This document shows positions 20,992-31,266 of a stretch of 32,000 nucleotides of DNA, one piece after another. The stretch's first letter is position 1, and every line of letters begins with the position of its first letter. The stretch lies in the sequence record CM079450.1, one strand, 5' to 3'. Position numbers and translations under genes: made by a program. Under the pieces are notes generated by a model. The model did no database searches. It had not been told where the DNA came from and saw only the letters and a list, made by a program, of their open reading frames with translations.

Positions 20992-21236
20992 AAAAAATAA
21001 AGCCCCCCCTTCCTTTTTTTTTGTGCAGAGTAAACTAGAACGCTTGCCTTTACTTAAAAAATAAAGCCCCCCCTTTTTAAATAAATTAGAAAAAGTAAAG
21101 GGGGGAGGAGAAAAGCGCTTCTTCCCCCTTTACTTTTTCTAATTTATTTAAAAAGGGGGGGCTTTATTTTTTAAGTAAAGGCAAGCGTTCTAGTTTACTC
21201 TGCACAAAAAAAAAGGAAGGGGGGGCTTTATTTTTT
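20992..21236. repeat. 245-bp inverted repeat with 113-bp perfectly complementary arms and a 19-nt spacer
   Basis: I checked the arms 20992-21104 and 21124-21236 position by position and found no mismatch. Imperfect complementarity continues outward to about 20986 and 21252. The arms are themselves made of SDR modules (ggggggctttattttttaagtaaagg, gtaaactagaacgc). Confidence 0.95.
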
Positions 21237-21653
21237 TATTTTTTAAGTAAAGGCATATATTTTTAAGCATAAGCAAAGCTTATAACCAGGCAATGCGAGA
21301 AAAGGCCTTTGGTGTTTTTACCGTGTGTTTTTAAGGCCCATAAAAACGAACATATTTTTTTTAAGAGCCAAGAAAGCGATCTTTTCAGCCAAACCACCAT
21401 ATTTGGGTTTTGGCTAAATAGCTTTTAATTATGAGCGGCTTACTCTAAAAATAAGAGCGCTTTTTGCTGCTTACCAGAGTACCGCTATAATATACTAAAT
21501 TATATATAAAAAGCATTATATTAAAAATATAAAGGTAAAGGCCCACATATTTATAATTATATAGAAACTAAAAGTCCAAATTATTATTTGTTTGTGCAGA
21601 GGGCTTGGAAAATAAGCCCTTATTATATGAAATATAAATTACTTTTGCTAGAT

Positions 21654-24600
21654 CTAGCGTTTTGCACTAAAGCGACCTAATCTTTTATAATTAACGCTTA
21701 CTTTTTGTGCTAATCTTATACGAGTTAAAAATTTCGTTAAAATAAATTTAATAGAATTTCTAGAGTCATCATTAGCTGGTATAAAATGATCCGCTAATGT
21801 AGGATTGCAGTTAGTATCTACTATATTAAACATTTTTATTCCTAATTTTTTACATTCTCGTACTGCATTTAGTTCTTCTTGTTGACCTATTATAATAGCT
21901 ACATTTTTATAAATTTTGTTCTTTTTCATCTTAGTCATATTAGCGATTCCACCAAAATATTTTTCTAAGCGTTGCCAATTTTTTTTGCGTGCTGCTGCCA
22001 CTTTTTTTGATTTTAAACTTAGTTTTTGTTCATAAATAGTGTCCATTGGGTATTTAAGTTTTGGATCTACTATTTTTTTCATAAGAACTTGTACCGTAGC
22101 GTAAATTTTATTTTTTGGTGTAGATAAGTAACGTAATTTTGGTAAAAATTTAATTAATCTAGTTTCAGAATTCAATTGTTTTAGTTTTCTTTTAACTACT
22201 TTTATAACGCTGCGTTCATAAAGAACAGTACTATTTATTTTATTGACTTCAAAATTTATTTTTGCTTTTAAGTCAATATATTGATTAATACATCCTTTTA
22301 TAGTTTTTAAAGAATCTTTTAAGATTTTAATCTTAGATGTAATAGCTTTAATATGAGCACATATAATACGAATAGATTCACCAATATAAGGTACAAACAT
22401 ACCAAATTTGCTTAATAATTTACTAACTATTATGATCTTTTTTTTAGAGTGTAGATGACTTGGAACTTTAACAGCATCGCTATTAATGGCAGAACCGTTA
22501 ATCTCTTTTAAACCTATATTATTTGACTTAACTGTTTCTTGTGATTCTGCCAGAGCAGAAGAGCTAGTTGTATAAGAACGAATAGCTAATACAATTTTGT
22601 TCAATATATGTTTAGGAGGATTAGCTACGATTATATTATTTTGTTTTATATGCTCTATATTAAGATTTTTATAACACGCATAAGAAAGAGTGACTAAATC
22701 TAAATTTAAGTTTTTAGCTTTTAAAGCAGTAAGTTGTATTTGTTTACTGATCACAAATAAAGATTGTAATTCTATTAATTTTTTACGGCTTATACTTAAT
22801 TGATTAACTAAAAGTTTATATTTATTTTTAATTAACTCTGCTTTTTTTTTTACGTTGTTACAAAGCAGTATTAATTGATTTTTTTTATCTATAAGTTGTG
22901 CACGTGTTTGTAACAATAACTGACCTTTTTCTATTAATTGTTTTCTTCTTGAAAAAAGAACCGCTGTTAAACTGGAAGTATCGTTAATATTTTTTTGTTG
23001 TAAAGCTACTTTTTTAATTAAAGCGCGTCCTTTTTGTAAAAGTATTTTACTTTTTTTTCGAAGTAAAAGTGCTTTTTGAATTAAACGACTTTTTAAATTT
23101 TGGCGTTTAGTAAGAATTTCTTTAATTATAGTTTGTTTTTCTTTTAAAATAGGACGTATTTTAGAAATAGATTTTAAAATTGTTTTCCAATTTGTTAACA
23201 TACCACCTAACCAGCGTGTATTTACAAAAAATGAAGTTTTACTAAATAGAGAAGCTCTAGCTACTAAAGCAGCAGCTGGTTTTTTTGTACCTACAAATAA
23301 AAAAGTTCTTCCTTTAGCAGCATATTTACCTAACTGTGCCAATGATTTTTTTAGACAGGCTGATGTTTTTAATAAATTAATAATGTTACGGCCTTTTTTG
23401 ATCAATGGCTTATTTTTATTTTGACCTTTTTGTTTAAGCCAAACAAAATTCTTCATAGTAGCATGACATTTAATTGCTTTTTCTCCAAAATGCATGCCAC
23501 TTTTTAACATTTCGCCAATATTATGTTTTATGACCACACGTTTTTTAATAAAAGAAACGGGATTTAAATTAACGATTTTAGCAATTGCTATTTTTACTTT
23601 ATTTTGTGTAGTACCATTAGAAGCATCGGTCCTTCCCTTTACTTTGTTTCCGTTTTTTTTTCTTTCTGAAAAAAAAGAAAATAAAGCCCCCCCTTCAGTA
23701 AAAGGGGAGGGGGAAGCAGAACTAATAACTTTAGTTAATTTTATTTTTACTTTATCGCCTAGAACCGCACCTAAACCTAGTTTTACAAATACAAAGGTAC
23801 CGTCTAATTTAAAAACAATATGATTGGGTAAACATGTGTATTTTTTCACTTTTTGGGGAAGAACCACAGTTAATTTAGTACCTTCCGTAATCATATTAGA
23901 TTTGTCTCTAATCCCCAAAGGCATTAAAGATTGCAGCTTTCCTTTCCCCGCCCCCTCCTTTTTAGAGGGGGGAGTAATAATAGGGGAAATAAGGCTACCA
24001 GAACTAGTGTTTTCAATAGTACTTTTTAAGTTTGTGTTATTAGCAGGCAGAACTGAATTATTGTGTTTAGTTTCTAAGACTACCGCTTTTGAATTTTCAG
24101 CTTTTGCTATGATTGTTTTTTTTTGTACTTGCCATTTTGGTTTATATACCAAATCTTCACCAAAAGGCAGAGCAGTGTTATTAGTAACTGTGCTTGTTAA
24201 TTTGGCAAAAGCATAGTTAGCTTTTACTCTTGTTATCTTAACTTCTACCATTTCAGATGGATTTTTTTGCTTAGCCACATATAATTGTTGTAAAACTTTT
24301 TTATTTACAACAGTATCTGGCATTAAAATAAAAATTTTATAATTATTATGTAATTCAGCTATTGCCACACATTTAGGTCCTACTCGTACAATAGGTACGT
24401 TTAATATTTCACCAACTGTTGGTAATGCCACTAAAGAGTTAGATACTTTAGATTTATCAGATACATCGGGTGCATCTAAGTGTGTTTTTAAAGAACCTGC
24501 TTTTTGTACTATAGAATTAGTATTTTTTTCTTTTTTAGAAGGTTCTAGCACAAGTTTTGCGATAGCAAACTTTAGAGCCCTATTTTGTGGTGTATATAGT

Positions 24601-24968
24601 GTGTTTTTCATACCAGCAGTTTTTACCCTAGTACTGCCTTTTGAAGCCTTTACTATTTTTACAATTTTTGCCTTTACCTTATCACCAATATTAGTAAAGG
24701 GAACTAAAATGCTGTAAGGATAAGAATATTCATCTATACCTATTTGGTTGGGACCTAAAGCTGTTATTTTTAAATTACAAGTATCACCTATTTTTATATA
24801 TTTTTTTTTTAAGAAAACGCTATTTTTTACGTTTTGTGCTACGCCTAAGGTGTTTTCCTGTGATACTGCTGTCCCCTTACCTTTAGGCAAAGAGCGCTTT
24901 AACGCTTTATTAGAAGCTAGTTGAGGCTGAGATGATTTCATACTGAATTGATTTTGTTTGGGTGCCAT
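21654..24968 (-). CDS. rps2: Ribosomal protein S2, greatly enlarged (1104 codons), with a ~480-aa N-terminal extension and a ~390-aa internal expansion
   Basis: The conserved S2 N-block spans aa ~483-608 (GEMLKSGMHFGEKAIKCHATMKNFVW...GRTFLFVGTKKPAAALVARAS...FVNTRWLGGMLTNWKTI). The S2 C-block spans aa ~1001-1085 (FGGIANM...VAIIIGQQEELNAVRECKKLGIKMFNIVDTNCNPTLADHFIPANDDSRNSI). ATG is at 24966-24968, and the frame is open and continuous. Whether translation starts at this ATG is not established. Confidence 0.9.
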   Translation of the reverse strand: MAPKQNQFSMKSSQPQLASNKALKRSLPKGKGTAVSQENTLGVAQNVKNSVFLKKKYIKIGDTCNLKITALGPNQIGIDEYSYPYSILVPFTNIGDKVKAKIVKIVKASKGSTRVKTAGMKNTLYTPQNRALKFAIAKLVLEPSKKEKNTNSIVQKAGSLKTHLDAPDVSDKSKVSNSLVALPTVGEILNVPIVRVGPKCVAIAELHNNYKIFILMPDTVVNKKVLQQLYVAKQKNPSEMVEVKITRVKANYAFAKLTSTVTNNTALPFGEDLVYKPKWQVQKKTIIAKAENSKAVVLETKHNNSVLPANNTNLKSTIENTSSGSLISPIITPPSKKEGAGKGKLQSLMPLGIRDKSNMITEGTKLTVVLPQKVKKYTCLPNHIVFKLDGTFVFVKLGLGAVLGDKVKIKLTKVISSASPSPFTEGGALFSFFSERKKNGNKVKGRTDASNGTTQNKVKIAIAKIVNLNPVSFIKKRVVIKHNIGEMLKSGMHFGEKAIKCHATMKNFVWLKQKGQNKNKPLIKKGRNIINLLKTSACLKKSLAQLGKYAAKGRTFLFVGTKKPAAALVARASLFSKTSFFVNTRWLGGMLTNWKTILKSISKIRPILKEKQTIIKEILTKRQNLKSRLIQKALLLRKKSKILLQKGRALIKKVALQQKNINDTSSLTAVLFSRRKQLIEKGQLLLQTRAQLIDKKNQLILLCNNVKKKAELIKNKYKLLVNQLSISRKKLIELQSLFVISKQIQLTALKAKNLNLDLVTLSYACYKNLNIEHIKQNNIIVANPPKHILNKIVLAIRSYTTSSSALAESQETVKSNNIGLKEINGSAINSDAVKVPSHLHSKKKIIIVSKLLSKFGMFVPYIGESIRIICAHIKAITSKIKILKDSLKTIKGCINQYIDLKAKINFEVNKINSTVLYERSVIKVVKRKLKQLNSETRLIKFLPKLRYLSTPKNKIYATVQVLMKKIVDPKLKYPMDTIYEQKLSLKSKKVAAARKKNWQRLEKYFGGIANMTKMKKNKIYKNVAIIIGQQEELNAVRECKKLGIKMFNIVDTNCNPTLADHFIPANDDSRNSIKFILTKFLTRIRLAQKVSVNYKRLGRFSAKR

Positions 24969-25560
24969 AAAATTTTTAGTGAGCGTGTGCTATATATATG
25001 TATATATATATTGTTATATTCGATTATTTACTTTTTAAAAGCTTTTTATTTCCCTGATGTTGCTTATTTTTCTCCTCACCCCTTCGTTAAAAGAAAAGTG
25101 CTTTTCCGGTCCATGCACTTCGTGCAAGGCTTTATTTTCCAGCCTTATATTATTTATAAGCACCAAATAATTATTTGGTGCATAGCATAAGCTTTGCTTA
25201 TACTTAATTTAAAAGAAGAGAGAACACCAAATAATTATTGGGTGCTTATAAATAATATAAGGCTTCGCCGATGGACCGGAGGCACACAAACCAAAAGGGA
25301 GAAAAAACGAAAAAAAGAAAAGCCGGTCCTAATTTATAAGCACCAAATAATTATTTGGTGTTCTCTCCATAGTATAAGCTTTGCTTATGCTTCGTCAAAG
25401 CACCCAATAATTATTGGGTGCTTATAAATTATATAAGGCTTTTATTTTTTTTATTTTTTGTCCCTCTGCACAAACGAAGGGGTGAGGGGAACCCATAAAT
25501 GCCTAATATAATTTATAAGCACTTCTTCTTCTTTTCTCTGCACAAACAAATAATAATTTG

Positions 25561-25705
25561 GTTGGTGTTTTCTTCTTCTTCTTTCCTTTAGTTGGTGTTC
25601 TCGTCCCTTTAGTTTGTTTTTTCGGGAGAACACCAACTAAAGGAAAGAAGAAGAAAAAACAAACTAAAGGGACGAGAACACCAACAGAAAAAACCAACTA
25701 AAGGG
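25561..25705. repeat. Pyrimidine/purine palindromic SDR block (copy)
   Basis: It contains the same ctttcctttagttggtgttctcgtccctttagtttgttttttcgggagaacaccaactaaaggaaagaag... string as 335-510. Confidence 0.85.
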
Positions 25706-25870
25706 AAGCATGGGGGACCCCTTTTTTTTAGGAATGAGAGGCACTTATATACTTCATTCCCCCCCTTTTGTTAGGCAGCAACAAAAGTCTCAAATCCCCC
25801 CCCTTTTTCTGGCTGGTGGGTGAGGCATAATTATTTTTTGTGCAGAGGCATATAAACTTTTGTAAGGCAT

Positions 25871-25967
25871 TTAAGATAGCAGCCACCCCTATATATATTA
25901 CTTCCCTCCCCCCCTTCAGTAAAAGGGGGGGGGGAAGTAATATATATAGGGGTGGTTGCTATCTTAA
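25871..25967. repeat. Near-perfect ~97-bp palindrome centred on ccccccc-ttcagtaaaa-ggggggg
   Basis: The arm ttaagatagcagccacccctatatatattacttcc pairs with ggaagtaatatatataggggtggttgctatcttaa with one mismatch and one length difference in the C/G run. Confidence 0.85.
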
Positions 25968-28324
25968 ATTGCTTAGCTTAAAAAACAAAATATGTAAAAG
26001 GGGGGGGGATTTGAGAAAAAATAAAACCCCCCTTTTTTTTAGCAATAAAGTAGAAAAAGTAAAAGGGGGGGAGGGGAGAAAAAGAAGGGGCAAGCATAGA
26101 ACAAAGGGAAAAAAGAAAAAATGGGGGGAAAAGGTTGCGTTATATGCGCAGCCTTCCTATAAGGCAAACAAAGTCTTTATACTTGCATTTGGCTGGCAGC
26201 TTATATATTTTTAAGGGGGATGCAGACAAAAAAATACCAAGACTAAAGGTATCACCTTTAAAAGCACTTAGTGCTTAGTTTTTTCAACTTTAAATATCTT
26301 TTAAAAAAATTTCGATTATTTACTATGACATATACATGCTTATTCCCTTTTTTTTTTTATTTTTTTTAGTGACCTATATATATTTTTAAGGGGTGCATTT
26401 CCGACACCTTTGGTTTTCTTTTTTCTTTTTTTCCCTTTGTTCCTTTTGTTCCTCATCCCCCTATTATTACCCCCCCCTCTTCTGGCAGTGCTTTTCCGGT
26501 CCATCGGCGAAGCCGAAGCACCAAATAATTATTTGGTGCATAGTATAAGCAAAGCTTATGCTACCGGACCGGAGCACAAAAAAAAGGGGGGGGCTTCATT
26601 CTTTTCCCCTTATAAATTATATAAAAAAAAAGGGGGAAGTGTAATAAGTGTGTATATAAAATTTTCTCCCCTTATATATTTTAAGGGAGAAAAAAAGGGG
26701 GAAAGAAAAAAAGGGGGAAAGAAATGAAGAGACCCCCCTTATGTAAAAGGGGGCCCCCCCGTGATTGCTTCGCTTCCCTGCTGGGGCTTTCCCTTTAGTT
26801 GGTGTTCTCCCGAACAAAATAATAATTGGGGGGGGAGCCACAAAAGTTATCAAATCCCCCCCCCCCCCCTTTTACATAAGTGTTTTTTAAGCTAAGGCAT
26901 TTAATAAGGCAATTCTTTCCTTTTAAAAGCTAAAAAGATAAAAAACTAAAAAGATAAAAAGCTTATATTTCATATAATTATATGCAATAGAAGAAGCTTT
27001 CTATTATATGCAATCTAAGAAGCTTTTTATTTGCCTGGTGTTGCTTCTTCCCCCTTCTTTTTATCCTTTTTTCTTTTTCTTCTTCACCAAAGGTGTTTTG
27101 CCATAAGTGAAAGTTTTTGTTTTTGTTTGTGTCCCTCTGCACAAACGAAGGGGTGAGGCACCGAACTCCCTTTTTTGTAAACTAGAACTGCTTTTTTTTG
27201 TTTGTGTCCCTCCGGTCCTTGCACTTTGTGCATAGTATAAGCAAAGCTTATGCTATGCACAAAGTGCAAGGACCGGAGGGACACAAACAAAAACAAATAA
27301 GGGGAGAAAAAAAAGGGGGCTTCCCTTTACTATGGCCGGTCCGGTAGTATAAGCAAAGCTTATGCTACCGGACCGGGAAAGCAACACCAGGCATATAAGA
27401 AGCTTTTTATAAAAGCGAAGCTTTTTATTTCCCTTCTGCACTATTATCCCTTTGTTTGTGCGTCCCTCTGCACAAATGCACAAACGAAGGGGTGGATGAT
27501 ATAACTTCACCCCTTCGTTAAAAGAAAAGTGCTTTTCCGGTCTTCTGACGGTAGCATAAGCTTTGCTTATACTATAAGCAAAGCTTATGCATTCTTCTTT
27601 CCTATAGGAAAACAAACTAAAGGGAAATCCCTTTGTTTGGAATGTTTGTCTTCTGACGAAGCGAAGGATAATATTATTTATAAGCACTTTTCTGTTCTGC
27701 GCAAACAAATAATTATTTGGTGTTCTCTCTTCTTTTAAATTAAGTATAAGCAAAGCTTATGCTATGCAGAGAACACCAAATAATTATTTGGTGCAAGGAC
27801 CGGAAGGACGCACCAACTAAAGGGAAAAAGAAGCGTTAAAACCAAATTATTATTTGGGGGCATATAAGTAGCTTTTACGCTTCCCTAAAGGGTTCCCCCC
27901 CTTCTTACCCCTTCTTTTTCTCCCTTAAAGGGATAAAAAAAGGGGGAAAAGAAGCCTTTTATTATTTTTATTATTATTTTTATGATAACCAATAAAAAAA
28001 AAGGGGGGGCTTTATTTTTTTATACACAATCTTCTTCTTTCCTTTAGTTGGTTTTACCCCTTATAAATTATATAAGGGCACTTTTCTGCGGAAGCACAAA
28101 TTAAAGGGAAGAAAAAACCAACTATAGGGAAAATATAACTAAAAACGAAGTTTTTATCATCCCAAAGGGATAAGCTCTTCTTCTGGAAGGCAGCTTATAT
28201 GAAATATAATAAAAACTTCTTATATTTCATATAATTATATGAAATATAAGTTTTTAGTTAAAAAGAAAAAAAAGTAAAGGCTTTTCCGAAGCATAAGCAA
28301 AGCTTATAACCAGCAATGAAATTT

Positions 28325-28855
28325 TTATCTGAAAAAACCTTTTTCTTTACTGACAAAAGGTAATAAAGCCATAACTCTTGCACTTTTAATGGTTTTTGCT
28401 ACATATCTTTGTTGTTTCGCCGTTAAACGTGTTTGTCTTCTAGGTAATATTTTACCTCCTAAACCAATATATCTTTGTAATAAGCCGCAATGTTTATAGT
28501 CTATAATACGACGGTTATAAATAGCTTTTTCTGGTTTTTCTTTTAAAATAATTACCAATGATTTTGGTGGTATAATAGGTTTAAGAGGTCGTTTAATATT
28601 TTGAAGGCCTAAGCCACGTTTTTGCTGATCTTGTCTTTTTTGACGTTGTACGCGTAAACGCGCCAAAAGTTGACTAATAGTTAAAACACGCGGTTTGCCA
28701 GGATTAGCTATATTGTTTTGAGTATTTTTTTGTCCAAAAGGTGTATTTGGCTTAAAACTCTTCTGCATAGGATTAGTACTATTTGCATTATAACTATTAA
28801 ATTTTTTTTTTTCGGGAATGGTACCTGCACCAGAATTTGGTTTAAAACTTTTCAT
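28325..28855 (-). CDS. rps18: Ribosomal protein S18 (176 aa) with a low-complexity N/K/P-rich N-terminal extension
   Basis: The C-terminal half, [54 protein letters not shown], is a canonical S18 core. ATG is at 28853-28855. The N-terminus contains a duplicated KSFKPN motif. Confidence 0.92.
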   Translation of the reverse strand: MKSFKPNSGAGTIPEKKKFNSYNANSTNPMQKSFKPNTPFGQKNTQNNIANPGKPRVLTISQLLARLRVQRQKRQDQQKRGLGLQNIKRPLKPIIPPKSLVIILKEKPEKAIYNRRIIDYKHCGLLQRYIGLGGKILPRRQTRLTAKQQRYVAKTIKSARVMALLPFVSKEKGFFR

Positions 28856-31266
28856 TTTTTTTTTTATTTTTTTATAAATTTTTTAAATAAACTTGACTAT
28901 GTTTGTGGCATAAACTAAATAAAGCGCTTTCATATAAAGATATTAAAACCAATAATTATAATATCTAAAAAAGGGTTAGCACTTTGCGCTAAAATATTTA
29001 GAATGCGTATAAGCAGGACTACACACGTAAAAATAGTGCCTTCCTTCCTAAGCTATCTTCTTTTCACCCCAAAAAGAAAATGGTATCCCTTTACGGCTTC
29101 CCTACATTTCTTTTAAATGGTTTTCTTTTTTTGTGCCGCTTTTTATTGCCTTTAGGGGATTTATCTTCTCCCTATCTTCATAGCATATATACCCCCTACC
29201 ATTGCTTTCAATTTGGTATTTATGGTGTATTGACAGCTTTGCTTATACTTCTTTTTGTTTGTGTCCCTCCGGTCCGGTAGTATAAGCAAAGCTTATGCTT
29301 AATTTAAAAGAAGAGAGAACACCAAATAATTATTTGTTTGCGCAGAACAGAAAAGTGCTTATAAATAATATAAGGCTGTCGGTGTTCTCCCGAAGAAAAT
29401 AAAGCCTTCCCTTTAGGCAATGGACCGGTCTTCTGACGGTAGCATAAGCTTTGCTTATACTACCGTCAGAAGACCGGAAAAGCACTTTTCTTTTAACGAA
29501 GGGGTGAGGCACCGAACTCCTTTTTTCTTTTTCTTCTTTTTTTTCTTAACTGGTGGGTGAGGCATAATTATTTGGTGTTTTGTTCTGGGAGAACACCAAC
29601 AGAAAAAATAAACCAAAGGTGTTTTGCCATAAGTGAAAAAAAGTATAAGCGTTGCTTATGCTTGACTTTACTATGGCCGGTCCAAGCACTTCTCCCCTAA
29701 ATAAGAATTGGGGGTGCAAGGCTTTATTTTCCAGCCTTATATAATTTATAAGCACCAAATAATTATTGGGTGCTTTGTATAAGCAAAGCTTATACATGCT
29801 TCCCTTTAGTTGGTTTTTTCTGTTGGTGTTCAAGAAAACACCCCTTCTCCGCGCTTCGCGCGTATATGCTTTCCTAAAGGAAAGAAGCGCATAGTTAAAA
29901 GAAAAGTGCTTTTCCGGTCTTCTGACGGTAGTATAAGCAAAGCTTATGCTATGCACTTTGTGCAAGGACCGGAGGGACGCACAGACAGAAGAAAACACCA
30001 ACCAAATTATTATTTGTTTTAACGCTTCGCGTTATATGTGCGAAGCACATAGTGCAGAGGAAAGAAGAAGAAGTGCTTATAAATTATATAAGGCTTTTAT
30101 TTTTTTTATTTTTTGTCCCTCTGCACAAACGAAGGGGTGAGGGGAACCCATAAATGCCTTCCCTTTAGTTGGTGCGTCCTTCTTTCCTTTAATTGGTTTC
30201 ACCCCCAAATAATAATTTGGTTTGTGCTTTTCCGGTCCATTTTCTAAAGGGAATCCCTTTGTTTGTCAGAAGCGCAGGATAATATAATTTATAAGCACCA
30301 AATAATTATTTGGTGCTTTGCTTATACTATGGAGAGAACACCAAATAATTATTTGGTGCTTATAAATTATATTATCCTCCGCTTCTGACAAACAAAGGGA
30401 TTCCCTTTAGGCAATGGACCGGTCTTCTGACGGTAGCATAAGCTTTGCTAATACTACCGGACCGGAAGCACGTTTATGCGGAAGCACAAACTAAAGGGAA
30501 GAAAAGCCAAACTAAAGGGGTGTTTTCTTCAGCACCAAATAATTATTTGGTGTTGCTTTCCCGGTCCTTGCACTTTGTGCATAGTATAAGCAAAGCTTAT
30601 GCTATGCACAAAGTGCAAGGACCGGGAAAGCAACACCACCTAAGTGGTGTATTTTCTTATAACCAGGGAAAGGGGGGGGAAGAAAAGTCTATAACCAAAG
30701 GTGATTATGGTGTGTAAAAAACTGCCTTTTTATATAAAAGAACTAAAAATAAAAAGTGGTGTATTCTCTGGTTATAAGCTTTGCTTATGCTTAAAAATAT
30801 ATGCCTTTATTTAAAAAATAAAAGCCCCCCAACAAAAAAGCAATAAAGTAGAAAAAGTAAAAGGGGGGGGGGGAAGAACTTTATATACACACTTATTACT
30901 TCCCGTGTGTTTTTCCAGGGAAGCAGAGTTATATACTTTAGAAAGGGGGGTGACCCACTTTTCCTTCTTAGTTCTGTTTTCCTTCTTTTCCTTCTTTTCC
31001 TTCTTTTCCTTCTTTTCCTTCTTAGGAAGGAAAACAGAACTAAGAAGGAAAAGCTCTTGTTATAAAGTTATAAAGAAGGGGGGGCTTTTATTTTTTAAAT
31101 AAAGGCATATATTTTTAAGCATCATCCCTTCGGGATAATAACCAGGGATGGGGGGGCAAAAAGGGAGGGATGAAAGGCAATCAAAGTAATTATAATAAAG
31201 AAAAGAAGAAGCTTCTTTTAGTGATTTAGTAATAAGAAATGCACTAAAAAAGAAGGCATCTAATCT

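Noticed and set aside
21387-21415. Hairpin agccaaacc...gggttttggct downstream of rps2, considered as a possible 3' stem-loop.
   Set aside because: The stem is imperfect (it needs a bulge) and lies ~240 nt from the stop codon. Many equally good hairpins exist in this repeat-rich DNA, so there is no specific support.
23494-24216. Plus-strand ORFs 23494..23823 and 23824..24216 inside rps2.
   Set aside because: They are antisense shadow ORFs of a long AT-rich CDS. The minus-strand frame carries the recognisable S2 sequence.
29080-29280. Hydrophobic 66-aa ORF (+) upstream of rps18, considered as a possible small thylakoid protein.
   Set aside because: It matches no small photosystem or cytochrome subunit that I know. 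It runs into an SDR at its 3' end (gtgtccctccggtccggtagtataagc). It more likely overlaps the rps18 promoter and leader region on the opposite strand.
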